DNA of 64,000 bases from an uncultured Gemmatimonadales bacterium (GTDB lineage Bacteria; Gemmatimonadota; Gemmatimonadetes; Gemmatimonadales; GWC2-71-9), in assembly GCA_963842945.1 (NCBI GenBank), contig CAWJIM010000006.1:32001-96000 (forward strand). Reading direction: 5' to 3'. This document shows positions 1 through 10,153 of the stretch, piece by piece. Position 1 is the first letter of the stretch. Each line of letters begins with the position of its first letter. Both the position numbers and the translations under genes were made by a program. The notes under the pieces were generated by a model that saw only the letters and a program-made list of their open reading frames with translations, was not told the DNA's origin and did not search any database.

Positions 1-1730
1 AGGTTCGGGTGATAAGTCCAGGTATTGGTGGCGACGTGAGTCGGCCTGAACCCTGCTCAGGCTGGCACCGGACGAATTCCGCGCGAGATGAGCACCAGCG
101 TTCGTATATGACATCCTGTCCGCCCTGGTTGACGGGCGGCCGTAGCGACCGGACTGCGGGTCCCGCCCGATGTCGGTCGGGCGACCCAGCCGATCTGCTG
201 CTGACGAGATCCAGGCGTGACTAGGCAATCCGACCTCGGCGACCCATGGGCGTGACTACTCGTTCTTCAGTCGCTGGCAGCCAAACGAGCAGCCTGGCCA
301 GTGAAAAGCCGCGCATTGGTATCGCCCGCGGCCAGCAGTCCATCGATGTCACGAGTGGCTCTCCGGCCGTGCAGCAAATCCACGGGGTAATCTGGGCTGC
401 TTCATCATCGCTGAACCTCCATAGCTGAGGAACAGGTTAATACCCCACTGACCTTCCCGAATCGGAAGGACGGTGCGGCCGCTCGAACCTGCTCCCCAGC
501 CGCCTCAAGTGACAGTCAACAAAGCCACCGTGAGTCACAGGCGTCCAGCGGACTGGGCCACAGTACCCTGGACCAGCGTTCCCACCTTCAGGGCCCGGGC
601 GACACTATCGGGAGAAACGTTGGTGTGGCGGTAGGGCCCGACTCCATTCTGGGAGATCACCCGCAGCGTGGGGACGCGGCTGAGCTGATGAATGAGCTCT
701 TCAGTGAGGCCATCGGCCAGATAGCTCAGTGAATCCCGAGGGTACCGCTGCTGGAAATAGAGCACGGCAATGTCCCGCGGATCGAATACCGCTGCACGCG
801 CGACCGAGTGCGGCTCTCCTGCCCGGGACTGGAGAATCGCCGACAGGATTCCCAGGGCCACCGCGGTGACCGCCAGTGCGGTCCAGACCTGCCGGGAGCG
901 CCGAGCCGGTGCCCGCTCGCTATCTGACTCGAGCCCTGCGAGCGTCGCTGCGAACTCGCTCATGTGAAAGCGTTCCGCCGGCTTCTTGGCCAGGGCACGC
1001 GCCACTGCCGCCTGCACCTTCTCGGGCACTGAGCGGTCCACCAGACTGAGACTGGGCGCCTGCTCCAGCGAGTGGCGCGCGACGATGGTCGTAACGCTGT
1101 GACCTTCGAACGGAGGAGCGCCGGAGAGCATCTCGTACAGCACACAGCCGAGGCTGTAGACATCGCTCCGCCCATCAATGTCCGCATTGCCCAGTGCCTG
1201 TTCGGGGCTCATGTACTGCGGTGTACCGAAGACGGGACCGCTACCGGCCACAGGCTCAGCATCGTTTGCCGCCCGGGCTATACCATAGTCGGCCACCAGG
1301 ACATGATCCTTCTGCAGCAGAATATTTTCGGGCTTCACGTCACAATGGATGACTCCCTGTTCATGAGCGTAGGCGAGCGCGTCGGCTGCCTCGCGCGCGA
1401 TCCGGAGCGCCTCAGCCAGTGGCGGACGGGGCTTCCGGAGGAGACGCTGCCGCAGTGACTCTCCTTCCACAAACGGCATGACGTAGTACAGAAAGCCATT
1501 TCCCGAGCCCGAGTCGAACAACGGCAGGATGTGCGGGTGCTGGAGATTGGCGACAACCCGGATCTCACTGAAGAATCGCTGGGGACCGACCGCCGCGGCG
1601 AATGCGGGACGGAGAACCGTGAGCGCGACCTGGCGCTCGTGGCGCAGGTCGCGAGCGAGATAAACGGCGGCCATGCCACAGTCTCCCAGCTTACGCTCGA
1701 GCTGAAGCGGTCGGCGAGGCCTATGTGCAG
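1..1730 (-). pseudogene. Degraded Hanks-type Ser/Thr kinase with TM helix and TolB-N-like C-terminal region
   Basis: ORF 535..1674 has kinase motifs, but altered: VALT instead of VALK and HCD instead of HRD (DYG and GTPQYMSPE intact). A frameshift near 1706 separates LADRF from QLERKLGDCGMA. The in-frame TGA at 535-537 (GRL*LTVALL) is followed by further decayed remnants towards base 1. Confidence 0.75.
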
Positions 1731-1867
1731 TTTATCGCGTTAATCTGATGCAGTAGGTCCACCGCGGGAGAGCCTTTGAAGCCCCAGGAAACAACTCCCT
1801 ACGCTGGGGACCTATGTAATATATTGCTGCGTCCCCCGAGACATAGATGGTTCAATAGAGGTGATAC

Positions 1868-2943
1868 ATGAGGCATCATCGGGCCCAGCCCCTGCGCCGG
1901 TTCTCTATTCTTGTCCTGGCACTGGCCGGGTTAGTCGCCTCGAGTTGTGCCCCCGATGGGTCGGAGCCTACGGACCCCCGACCCACCTTGGCTCTCGGGA
2001 CGCAAGCTCCCGATTTGACCCGGGCTCTCGCCGCGCAGGCGCGGTACACCGAGAGGCTGCTACGGGTCGAGGGGGTAGTCGGGACGGCGGTTGGGCTCGG
2101 CGCCGACGGTCAGGCCGAGGTGCAGCTCTACACCAAGGTGCCTGGTGTACCGGGGCTTCCGGCCAGACTGGACGGGGTGTCGGTCTCGGTCGTCGTCACT
2201 GGTGAGATCCGAGCCATGCCGATTGTGGCCGATGCTCCCGCAGAGGTGTCGGCCGGGACTCGCATAGACCCGAGCGGCTAATTCGTCGTTCGGTGCCGAT
2301 CGGCGTGTCCACCGGAAACCAGGGGGAGTGCTCGGCCGGAACGATTGGTGCCCGGGTGAAGTCGGGCAACGCCACCTACGCTCTCAGCAACAACCACCTC
2401 TACGCCCTGGAGAACACGGCCCCGCTCGGCAGCAAGGTGCTTCAGCCTGGCCGTGCTGACCTCAAGTGTGGCAGTGGATCGAGTGCCGTCCTGGGCCCGC
2501 TCAGCAAGTTCGTACCGATCCAATTCTCCACCAGCGCCAACAACAAGGTGGACGCCGCGATTGTGGCTGCCACGACGGCGAACCTGGCCAGGAGCACGCC
2601 CATCGATGGCTACGGTACCCCCCGCACCAGCATCGCAGCGGCAGCCCTCAATCAAGTGGTCCAGAAATACGGGAGGACGACAGGACTCACGACCGGTACC
2701 GTAGTCGGGGTCAACGATATACTGAACGTCCGCTACTCCAGCGGAACCGCGCGATTCGTCGGCCAGATCACCATCAGGGGCCCCGGCCAATTCTCCCGCG
2801 CGGGCGATTCGGGCGCTCTCATCGTTAACACCGATAAACGCCCGGTCGGTCTTCTTTTCGCCGGCACCATGAACGGCTACACCTTTGCCAACCAGATCGG
2901 GGACGTGCTCACGGCCCTGAGGGTCTCGATCGACGGCACCTGA
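1868..2943 (+). CDS. Trypsin-like (S1/Nal1-like) serine protease lipoprotein, interrupted at ~2279-2292
   Basis: ORF 1868..2281 has a lipobox-like LVASSC and a GVVGTAVG prodomain. ORF 2293..2943 has the triad motifs LSNNH, VDAA and GDSGA. The two ORFs are separated by a TAA plus a frame change. Confidence 0.7.
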
Positions 2944-3027
2944 GCGGGACCCACGAGGCGCGCGCAGAACGGGTCACTCCTTGTTGCGATCGAGATGAGT
3001 CCAGTGGGTCCGGAATGATGCACTGAG

Positions 3028-3491
3028 CTATTTCTGAGAGACCTTCTCCCCTTTTGGAATAATGCCGCGTACTGGCCGTATCCCTCCGCCTCCAGCTTGT
3101 CGGCCGGGATGAACCGGAGCGCCGCCGAGTTCATGCAGTAGCGGAGACCGGTGGGCGCGGGACCGTCATCGAACACGTGGCCCAGGTGGGAGTCGGCGTG
3201 CTTCGACCGCACCTCGGTCCGCTCGGCGAAGAGCTTGGAGTCGGTCTTGGTCTCAATGTTGGCCGGCTCCAGCGGACGGGTGAAGCTGGGCCAGCCGGTG
3301 CCCGAGTCGTACTTGTCGAGCGAGCTGAACAGCGGCTCCCCGGAGACGACATCCACGTAGATGCCGGGCTCGTGGTTGTCCCAGTAGGCATTGCTGAACG
3401 GCCGCTCGGTGCCCTCGTGCTGGGTCACCTGGTACTGCTCCGAACTGAGCTTCTGCTTGAGCTCGGCGTCGCTGGGCTTGTTGAAGGTCAT
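3028..3491 (-). CDS. msrB: Peptide-methionine (R)-S-oxide reductase
   Basis: [27 protein letters not shown] and RYCMNS motifs. The true stop is probably TAG at 3028-3030 after a G-run indel near 3050; the ORF track reads through to 2877. Confidence 0.95.
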
Positions 3492-3522
3492 CGGCGTTCC
3501 ATCCTTTTGGTTGTAGTCGTTG

Positions 3523-3616
3523 GAGTCACGAGACGCGAGTCTGGAGTCATGAGTCGAAGCGTCGGCAGATCCGGATAGTCGGCACGGCTCCTGACTCCTG
3601 ACTCCCGACTCCTGAC
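3523..3616. repeat. Inverted pair of heptamer tandem arrays (GAGTCNN x5 / GACTCCY x4)
   Basis: GAGTCAC-GAGACGC-GAGTCTG-GAGTCAT-GAGTCGA at 3523-3557 and GGCTCCT-GACTCCT-GACTCCC-GACTCCT at 3586-3613. Confidence 0.85.
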
Positions 3617-4278
3617 AGCTTGCTATCCCCCCACAACTCCTTCATCCTCTCCTCCCGCCCACAGCCAATCACGTAGGCCCGATACCGCTCGGGATTCTTC
3701 TTGTAGAACTGCTGATGGTACTCCTCCGCGGGATAGAACTTGGTCGCCCGCTGGATCTCGGTCACCACCGGAGTCTTGAAGCGATGCGAGCGGTCGAGCG
3801 CCTGCTTCGAGGCCTCCGCCGCGCGCTCCTGCGCCGAGTCGCGGTAGAAGATGATCGAGCGGTACTGCGGGCCGGTGTCGCAGAAGGCCCGGTTGACGGT
3901 CGTCGGATCGATGTGGTGCCAGTAGATGTCGAGCAGCCCGTCGTACGAGATCCGGGCCGGCTCGTAGATCACCTGCACCGACTCGGCGTACCCGGTCTTG
4001 CCGGTTTCCACGAACTCGTAGTCCGGATTGGGCTGGGTGCCGCCGGCATAACCCGCCGTCACCTCGACAACGCCGGGCACCCCATCGAACGCCTTCTGCA
4101 TCGACCAGAAGCAGCCGCCGGCAAAGATCGCGATCTTCTGGGCCCCGGTGGGGACCGGCAGAGTGGCGAATTGGACATGCCGGGCCGGAGCGGCGCGGGG
4201 CGGCTTCAGGGCTAGAATGCTCAAACCTAGGAATGACAACAGGATAAGGCCGGCGAATCGGACGGTCGAACGAGTCAT
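3547..4278 (-). CDS. msrA: Peptide-methionine (S)-S-oxide reductase with N-terminal signal/anchor
   Basis: [21 protein letters not shown] motifs. Hydrophobic N-terminus from ATG 4278. The C-terminal tail is encoded by heptamer repeats. Confidence 0.95.
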   Translation of the reverse strand: MTRSTVRFAGLILLSFLGLSILALKPPRAAPARHVQFATLPVPTGAQKIAIFAGGCFWSMQKAFDGVPGVVEVTAGYAGGTQPNPDYEFVETGKTGYAESVQVIYEPARISYDGLLDIYWHHIDPTTVNRAFCDTGPQYRSIIFYRDSAQERAAEASKQALDRSHRFKTPVVTEIQRATKFYPAEEYHQQFYKKNPERYRAYVIGCGREERMKELWGDSKLSGVGSQESGAVPTIRICRRFDS

Positions 4279-4346
4279 GACTGCTGGACTCCGGTGGGGG
4301 ACATCATCAGAACGTCTGGTGGTTCCCGTTTGATCCCAGTCGCGAG

Positions 4347-6401
4347 TCACGAGGCAGCCGGGGATGACAGGCGGGATGATAAAGTATGCGTTTCGACTGC
4401 CTCCAGCGCCCGCAAGAAGTCGGATGCCGAGGGCCAACGCGCCTCGGGTTTTCGAGCCAGCGCCTTGACGATGGCCCGACTGAACGACTCCGGCAACTCG
4501 GGGTTGAGCTCGGCCGGATTGGTGGGGTCCGACTCCTCCTGCTTTAAATGATGCGCCACAAGTGCCAAGGTTCCGCTGGCTTCGAAGACCCTCCGGCCGG
4601 TCACGCATTCGAACAGCACCGCGCCGGTCGCATAGATGTCGGTCCGACCGTCCACCGGCTCGCCCAGCAGCTGCTCCGGCGCCATGTATGCCGGGGTGCC
4701 CACGACCACCCCTTCCACCGTGAGCGCCTTGCCGTCGGTCTGGGCTCCAGCCAATCGCGCGATCCCGAAGTCGGTCACCTTCAGAAAACCGGTGGGGTCC
4801 ACCAGCAGGTTCTGCGGCTTGATGTCGCGGTGCACGATGCCCGCCTCGTGCGCCACCTCCAGCGCGCGGCAGACCTGCTTGCCGATGGTGAGCGCCGCGG
4901 CGACATCGAGTCGGCCTGCTTCCTTGATCATCGACGCGACGGTAGTGCCCCGGACGTATTCCATAGTGATGTAGTAGATCCCGTCGGACTCGCCCAGGTC
5001 GAAGGTGCGAACCACATTTCGGTGGGTGATCCGCCGGGCCAGCCGCAGCTCCTGCTTGAACCGCTCCAGCAGGGTGGGATCGAGCTGCCCTACGTCGGGG
5101 CGGATGGCCTTGATGGCCAGGGTCTCGCCCACCTGCCGGTCGAACGCGCGGTAGACCACGCCCATCCCGCCGGCGCCGAGCGACTCCTGGATCTCGTAGC
5201 GGCCGGCGAAGAGGCGGCCGGTGGAGAGGAGGCCCTGACCGTCGCGCCTCCCCTCGGGCACCCTGGTTGAGGCGGCGCCGGTCCGGAGATACTGGACCAG
5301 ACGATCCTTCTCCCTGAGCTCCTCCACCATCGTTCCGAAGGCCTGGGCCAGGTCGCCGATTTCGTCCCTGGTGCCCACATCGATCGGGCCGGTGTACTCG
5401 CCCTGGGTGACCTTGTGGGTTGCGGCGACCAGGCGCTGAAGCGGGCGGACGATGTGCCGCGCGGCAAGAAGGGAGAATCCCACCGCAAGGAGCAGCCCGA
5501 TGAGGAACGCCCAGCGGATGGTCCGGCGGAGCTGCTGGTAGGCGGCGAGGTCGGCGTCGCGCGAGTGGAGTCCCAGGTATCCGCCGACCGGAACGCTGTC
5601 GGCGGTGGTAAGCGAGCCGACGGTGCCCTCGTACTCGGTGTGGTCCAGGGTGAGATGGATGCGCGAATCCGAGCCGCCGGCGCTGCCGATGCGGAGGCCG
5701 CGAAGGGCGTCGGCAAGTGCGCGGCCGCTGGATTGATTCGCCATGACGGTAGAGGCCGCGACGTGGGGCACCCCCAGCGTGTCGAGCGAGAAGAACACGA
5801 TCCCCGAGTTGGTGTTCCGCCGGAGCCGTGCGGCGAAGGTACTGTCGATCTTGAGCGCGGCGGCGACCACCGCCAGCGGGGTGGCCGACCCCGGGCTCAA
5901 TACCGGCATCGCCACTGCCTGATACAACTGGTCGCCCGCCTCACTCGGCTCGACCCACAGTCCCGATGTGGTCTTTCCCTCCAGGGCCCGGCCGATCAAG
6001 GCGCCGCGGGAGAAGTCCTGGTCGAACAGATCCCGCTCCGAGGTCCAGGCCCGAAGCACACCGCTGGGATCGGTGATCAGCACCCAGTCGGCGCCGGTCT
6101 GACTCCGCAGCTCGTCCGCCTGGTCGAGGAGGTCGGCCCGGTTGCCGGTTCGCACCGACTCGCCGATGCGGGAGACGTAGACCGGCACCTGCACCAGCGC
6201 GGCGGTGAGCTGGCTCAGGGTCTGGCTCCGTCCCCCTAGCGCGTCGCGGATCGCGGCCTGCGTCGCCCGCAGGGCCTGGAGTGCGGCGGACTCGGCGGCG
6301 CGGTCGGCCTGGCGCTTGGTGATGAGCAGGGCGATACCGAGCACTGCGGTGACCACCAGGGCAGTGCCGAGGAAGATCCTGGTGCCGAGGGGGAGTCTCA
6401 C
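4347..6401 (-). CDS. Membrane sensor Ser/Thr protein kinase (TM - Cache-like periplasmic domain - TM - HAMP - Hanks kinase)
   Basis: Two TM helices flank a ~260 aa extracytoplasmic region. HAMP signature RPLQRL...DEIGDLAQAF. Intact kinase motifs LGAGGMG, AIK, HRDIKPQN, DFG, GTPAYMAPE. Confidence 0.9.
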   Translation of the reverse strand: MRLPLGTRIFLGTALVVTAVLGIALLITKRQADRAAESAALQALRATQAAIRDALGGRSQTLSQLTAALVQVPVYVSRIGESVRTGNRADLLDQADELRSQTGADWVLITDPSGVLRAWTSERDLFDQDFSRGALIGRALEGKTTSGLWVEPSEAGDQLYQAVAMPVLSPGSATPLAVVAAALKIDSTFAARLRRNTNSGIVFFSLDTLGVPHVAASTVMANQSSGRALADALRGLRIGSAGGSDSRIHLTLDHTEYEGTVGSLTTADSVPVGGYLGLHSRDADLAAYQQLRRTIRWAFLIGLLLAVGFSLLAARHIVRPLQRLVAATHKVTQGEYTGPIDVGTRDEIGDLAQAFGTMVEELREKDRLVQYLRTGAASTRVPEGRRDGQGLLSTGRLFAGRYEIQESLGAGGMGVVYRAFDRQVGETLAIKAIRPDVGQLDPTLLERFKQELRLARRITHRNVVRTFDLGESDGIYYITMEYVRGTTVASMIKEAGRLDVAAALTIGKQVCRALEVAHEAGIVHRDIKPQNLLVDPTGFLKVTDFGIARLAGAQTDGKALTVEGVVVGTPAYMAPEQLLGEPVDGRTDIYATGAVLFECVTGRRVFEASGTLALVAHHLKQEESDPTNPAELNPELPESFSRAIVKALARKPEARWPSASDFLRALEAVETHTLSSRLSSPAAS

Positions 6402-6402
6402 C

Positions 6403-7141
6403 TCAGTACCGCCGTCCCTGTTGGGGGTAGGGCCGGCCGAACTTGTTGAGGTGGGGCTTGAACTGGTAACCCCGGGCGTCGAGCTGGAGCTCGAGCTTCG
6501 GGAGGCCGGCGGCCGGCACCTCGACAGCGCGAGAAACGTCGGGCGACCGCTCGTGCCAGGCGTGAAGGGTGTACCGTCCTGGCGGCACGGCCGAGATGGT
6601 GAACGAGCCGTCGCTCGCTGGCTGGACGTACCAGGGATTGTCCCGCACCACCACCAGCGCGCTCATCTGCGAATGCACGTTGCAGTAGACCCGCACGATC
6701 CCGGCCCGCTGGAAGGTGACCGCCGGCGTCTCGCCCCGCCCATAGAGGCCGAGGTCGAAAGGATTCTCCTCAGAGAGGGAGAAGACGTTGTGATTGAAGG
6801 GGTCGTGGTTGGGAAAGCTGACGCTGGAGCCGACCGGCACCACGAGGACGTGGGGAGAGAACTGCTTCTCCGCAGTGGTGATCTCGGCGCGCACCGGTGA
6901 GCGCTGGAACCGGTTTGTCCGCGGTCAGCCAAATGACTGCCTGCCCAACGTCCTCGGCCTGTTTGTCGGCTTTGTCGAGAAGGGTGAGATGGCCGGTGAC
7001 AGTCGCGAGACGCGAGTCACGAGTCGCGAGGGGGTCGGGAGTCGCGAGTCGGGTGTCGGGAAGCGTCGAAATAATCGAGAAGGCTCCTGCCGCACCCAGG
7101 ACGGAGCGGAGTGGCCAAACGCGACTTATCTTGGCTCGCAT
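6403..7141 (-). CDS. Exported cupredoxin with carboxypeptidase-regulatory-like beta-sandwich (methylamine-utilization-protein-like); frameshift at ~6895
   Basis: Signal-like N-terminus from ATG 7141. FPNHDPFNHNVFS and YCNVHSQM give His/Cys/His/Met type-1 Cu ligands. C-terminal DGSFTISAVPPGRYTLHAWH. Confidence 0.8.
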
Positions 7142-7259
7142 GCCGGAACGGTACCGTCCGCTCCAGAGGGCGTCAACGAGTCGCGAGGCGAGAGTCGCGA
7201 GATACGAGAGATGAGTCACGAGTCACGAGTCGCGAGACATGGGTCGCGAGTCGCGAGAG
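7001..7259. repeat. Two heptamer tandem arrays (GAGTCGC/GAGTCAC/GAGACGC) at 7001-7060 and 7178-7259
   Basis: Visible 7-nt periodicity. Translated as TRLATPDPLATRDSRLAT in the cupredoxin and SHESRVARHGSRVAR in the porin N-terminus. Confidence 0.85.
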
Positions 7260-8398
7260 GCGTGGTGGTTGCGCTGCTCCTGCTGCCGCTGGGCAGTCGG
7301 CTCCTCCCCGCGCAGGAGCCGAAACTCGAAGCCAGCGTGCACGGGCTGATCCTGATGAACGGGTTCTACACCAGCGACGACATGAACAACAGCGACGTGC
7401 CGCAGTTCGTGCTCCCGGCGGGCGAGCCGGCGCGGACCACGACCAGCGCTACGGTCCGGCAGTCGCGAGTGACGGTAACCGGGGTAGCCCAGGATTTCGC
7501 CGACGGCACGCTGACGGGCGAGCTGGACGTGGACTTCTTCGGCGGGCAGCAACCCTCGACCGGCGGGCGGACGTTTCCACTGCTTCGAATCCGCCGTGCG
7601 TTCGCCGAGCTGGCCTGGGCTCGGTTCGCGGTTCTGGTGGGACAGGAATCGCCCCCCATCGCGGAGGTGAGCCCGTCCTCCATCGCGAGCATCGGCTTTC
7701 CCCTCTTTGCCGGGGCCGGCAACCTCTGGCTCTGGATCCCGCAGATCCGGCTGAGCGCCGATCTCGCCCCGATAGGCGGCGTTCGCCTTGGGATCGAGGG
7801 CGCGGCTCTGGCGCCGACCTCGGGCGAGCCGCAGCAGACTTTCCTCACCCAACCCGATGCCGCGGAGCGGAGCGGCCGGCCCTACCTCCAGGGGAGATTG
7901 CGGGCCCGCTGGGGCGAGGGTGACCGGCTCGGCGAGATCAGCTTCGGCGGGCACTATGGCTGGCTGGAGGACAGCACCGGCGGCCGGATCGACTCGAAGG
8001 CGCTGGCGGTCAGCGTGTGGACGCCGATCGCCGGCGGCCTCGAGCTCCGGGGCGAAGCCTTCGTCGGGCAGGCGCTGGCCGGACTGGGCGGCGGCGGCAT
8101 CGGGCAGAACATGGTGAGGAACGGCGTGCCGGTCGAAGCCAAGGGCGGATGGGTGCAGCTGAACTATCGAGCTGGGAGCTGGGAGCTGGGAGCCGGGGGT
8201 GGGATCGACGATCCCGAAGATGAAGATCTGGCTGCGTCGTCACGGCTTCGAAACCTGGCGTACGGCGGACACCTGATCTGGCGGCCCTTGCCTGCGGTGA
8301 TCGGGCTGGAGGCACGGGAGATTCGCACGGACTATGCGCCGCCGGTGGGGACGGAGTCGGGTGTCCAGGTGAATCTGGGTATCGGGATAGAATTTTAG
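7211..8398 (+). CDS. Outer-membrane porin-like beta-barrel (DcaP-like)
   Basis: Signal peptide, RQSRV..ELDVDFFGG..RIRRAFAEL..LVGQ pattern, alternating beta-strands and C-terminal Phe (GIGIEF). Confidence 0.7.
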   Translation: MSHESRVARHGSRVARGVVVALLLLPLGSRLLPAQEPKLEASVHGLILMNGFYTSDDMNNSDVPQFVLPAGEPARTTTSATVRQSRVTVTGVAQDFADGTLTGELDVDFFGGQQPSTGGRTFPLLRIRRAFAELAWARFAVLVGQESPPIAEVSPSSIASIGFPLFAGAGNLWLWIPQIRLSADLAPIGGVRLGIEGAALAPTSGEPQQTFLTQPDAAERSGRPYLQGRLRARWGEGDRLGEISFGGHYGWLEDSTGGRIDSKALAVSVWTPIAGGLELRGEAFVGQALAGLGGGGIGQNMVRNGVPVEAKGGWVQLNYRAGSWELGAGGGIDDPEDEDLAASSRLRNLAYGGHLIWRPLPAVIGLEAREIRTDYAPPVGTESGVQVNLGIGIEF

Positions 8399-8408
8399 AG
8401 CCTGGCCC

Positions 8409-8939
8409 TCATGGGCCGGGCAGACGATGTTCCCAGCGCCACACCGGCCCGTCCTCAGGATCCACAACCTCACCCAGCAGGCGAAAGCCACACTTCTCCA
8501 GCACCCGGGCGGAAGCGTTGCGCTCGGGCAGCGTGTGGGCGCGGACCAGCCGAACCTCGCCGCTGGCACTGGCGAACTCCACCAGCGCACCCGCGGCCTC
8601 GGTGGCGTAGCCTCTGCCCTCGAAGGCGGGCACAATGCCGTAGGCGATCTCGACTGTGTCGGCCCCATCCGGCGGTCCCTTGAAACCGGCGGTCCCGATG
8701 GCCGTGTGGCTCTCCCGTTCCAGCACGAAGAAGCCGTAGCGCCAGGGATCGGGATGGGAGGATTTCTCGAGCTGGGCCAGCCATTCGGGAGACACCTCAC
8801 CCGAGACGAAGAAGTTTCTCAGGCCTTCCGCTACCGGGAATCCGGTGAGCTCGGCAAATCTTTCCGGATGTTGAATCAAGCCGAGCAGATGCTCGGTCGT
8901 GCAGGGAATCAGGCTGAGACGAGGAGTGTCCGGCGACAT
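8409..8939 (-). CDS. GNAT N-acetyltransferase (RimJ/RimL family)
   Basis: IGTAGFKGPP, EIAYGIVPAFEGRGYATEA and NASARVLEKCGF motifs. Confidence 0.9.
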   Translation of the reverse strand: MSPDTPRLSLIPCTTEHLLGLIQHPERFAELTGFPVAEGLRNFFVSGEVSPEWLAQLEKSSHPDPWRYGFFVLERESHTAIGTAGFKGPPDGADTVEIAYGIVPAFEGRGYATEAAGALVEFASASGEVRLVRAHTLPERNASARVLEKCGFRLLGEVVDPEDGPVWRWEHRLPGP

Positions 8940-9002
8940 AGGACTGGAGTATAAGAGTTTCTCGTCCGGAAACCCCGCTCCATCGCGCTGCGTATTGCCC
9001 CG

Positions 9003-10052
9003 ATGCTTCATCTGCTCCTGCTCGCAGCGATTCTCCCGTTTCAGAATGACAGTGCAGAGGGGCTCGAGCTGGTCCGGCTCGGCTCCGATGTGTACGCCGC
9101 CATTCGCAAGGATCCGCTCAGTCTCGCGGTCAACTCCAATTCACTGATCGTCGTGCGTAACAGGGACGTGGTCGTGGTGGACGCCCAGTTCACCCGCGCC
9201 GCGACGCAGGAGACTATCGCGGCGATTCGGAGGATCACGGGCAAGCCGGTGGCTTACGTGATCAACACCCACTGGCACGACGATCACGTGGCCGGTGATC
9301 AGGTGTATCGCGACAGCTTTCCCGGCGTGCGCTTCGTGATGCAGGAGAACACCGCGGCGGATCTGGTGACGCTGGGCGCCCCCAACCGAAAGCAGCAGGT
9401 CGAGGGCGCCCCGCCCGTGGCCGACCGGCTCGAACGGCTGTTGTCCATGGGTCTTGGCCTCGACAGCACTCCGGCGACGCCGATGGAGCGCTCGGCGCTG
9501 GAGAGTGCGATTCGGATTGCCCGGCAGTATGTGAAAGAAGCGCCGGGCTTCAGCCCGGTGGCGGCGACTGACACCGTGCACCAGCGGATGACACTGGGCG
9601 CGGGTCAAGACCGAATCGAGTTGATCTGGTTCGGCCAGGGGAACACCCGAGGAGACCTGGTGGTATATCTGCCCGAGCGGGGGATCCTGGCCAGCGGAGA
9701 TCTGGTGGTGGCGCCGGTGCCGTTCGCATTCAATTCCCATCCCACGTCCTGGGTCGAAGTGCTGGATTCGCTGGTCGCGCTGAAGCCGCGTGTCATCGTG
9801 CCGGGACACGGACCGGTACTGCGCGATCTGGGGTACATTCGCTCGGTGCGGGGCTGGCTGGCCCGAATCGACCGGGAGACGTCAGCCGCCGCTGCCAGGG
9901 ATGATTCGCTGGCCGCCGTCTTGAAGACGGTCACCCTGGACGAGGTTCGTCGGTCCGTCACCCGGGACGAGAAGTGGATGAACTTCTTGTTCCGCAGCTT
10001 CTTCGTGAGACCGGCCGTGCAGGCGGCGTATGACGAGGCGGACGGAACGTGA
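9003..10052 (+). CDS. Secreted MBL-fold metallo-hydrolase
   Basis: NTHWHDDH, GDL and VPGHG motifs; short hydrophobic N-terminus. Confidence 0.85.
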   Translation: MLHLLLLAAILPFQNDSAEGLELVRLGSDVYAAIRKDPLSLAVNSNSLIVVRNRDVVVVDAQFTRAATQETIAAIRRITGKPVAYVINTHWHDDHVAGDQVYRDSFPGVRFVMQENTAADLVTLGAPNRKQQVEGAPPVADRLERLLSMGLGLDSTPATPMERSALESAIRIARQYVKEAPGFSPVAATDTVHQRMTLGAGQDRIELIWFGQGNTRGDLVVYLPERGILASGDLVVAPVPFAFNSHPTSWVEVLDSLVALKPRVIVPGHGPVLRDLGYIRSVRGWLARIDRETSAAAARDDSLAAVLKTVTLDEVRRSVTRDEKWMNFLFRSFFVRPAVQAAYDEADGT

Positions 10053-10153
10053 GGAACGACGGAACCTCAGGAATCCGTTTGGCTCTCTCCCTCCTCCATG
10101 TACCTTATAGCTGGAGCCCATAGCCTAGAGCCCATACCACAGCGAGACCCACC

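Noticed and set aside
2877..3027. C-terminal extension of MsrB overlapping the protease gene
   Set aside because: One extra G in the AAAAGGGG run gives a stop at 3028-3030; likely an indel artefact.
6794..7210. 139-aa N-terminal extension of the porin ORF
   Set aside because: It is the antisense of the cupredoxin gene plus repeats; the signal peptide starts at ATG 7211.
7001..7259. Repeat arrays as a CRISPR array
   Set aside because: 7-nt tandem periodicity with no unique spacers and no cas genes in the window.
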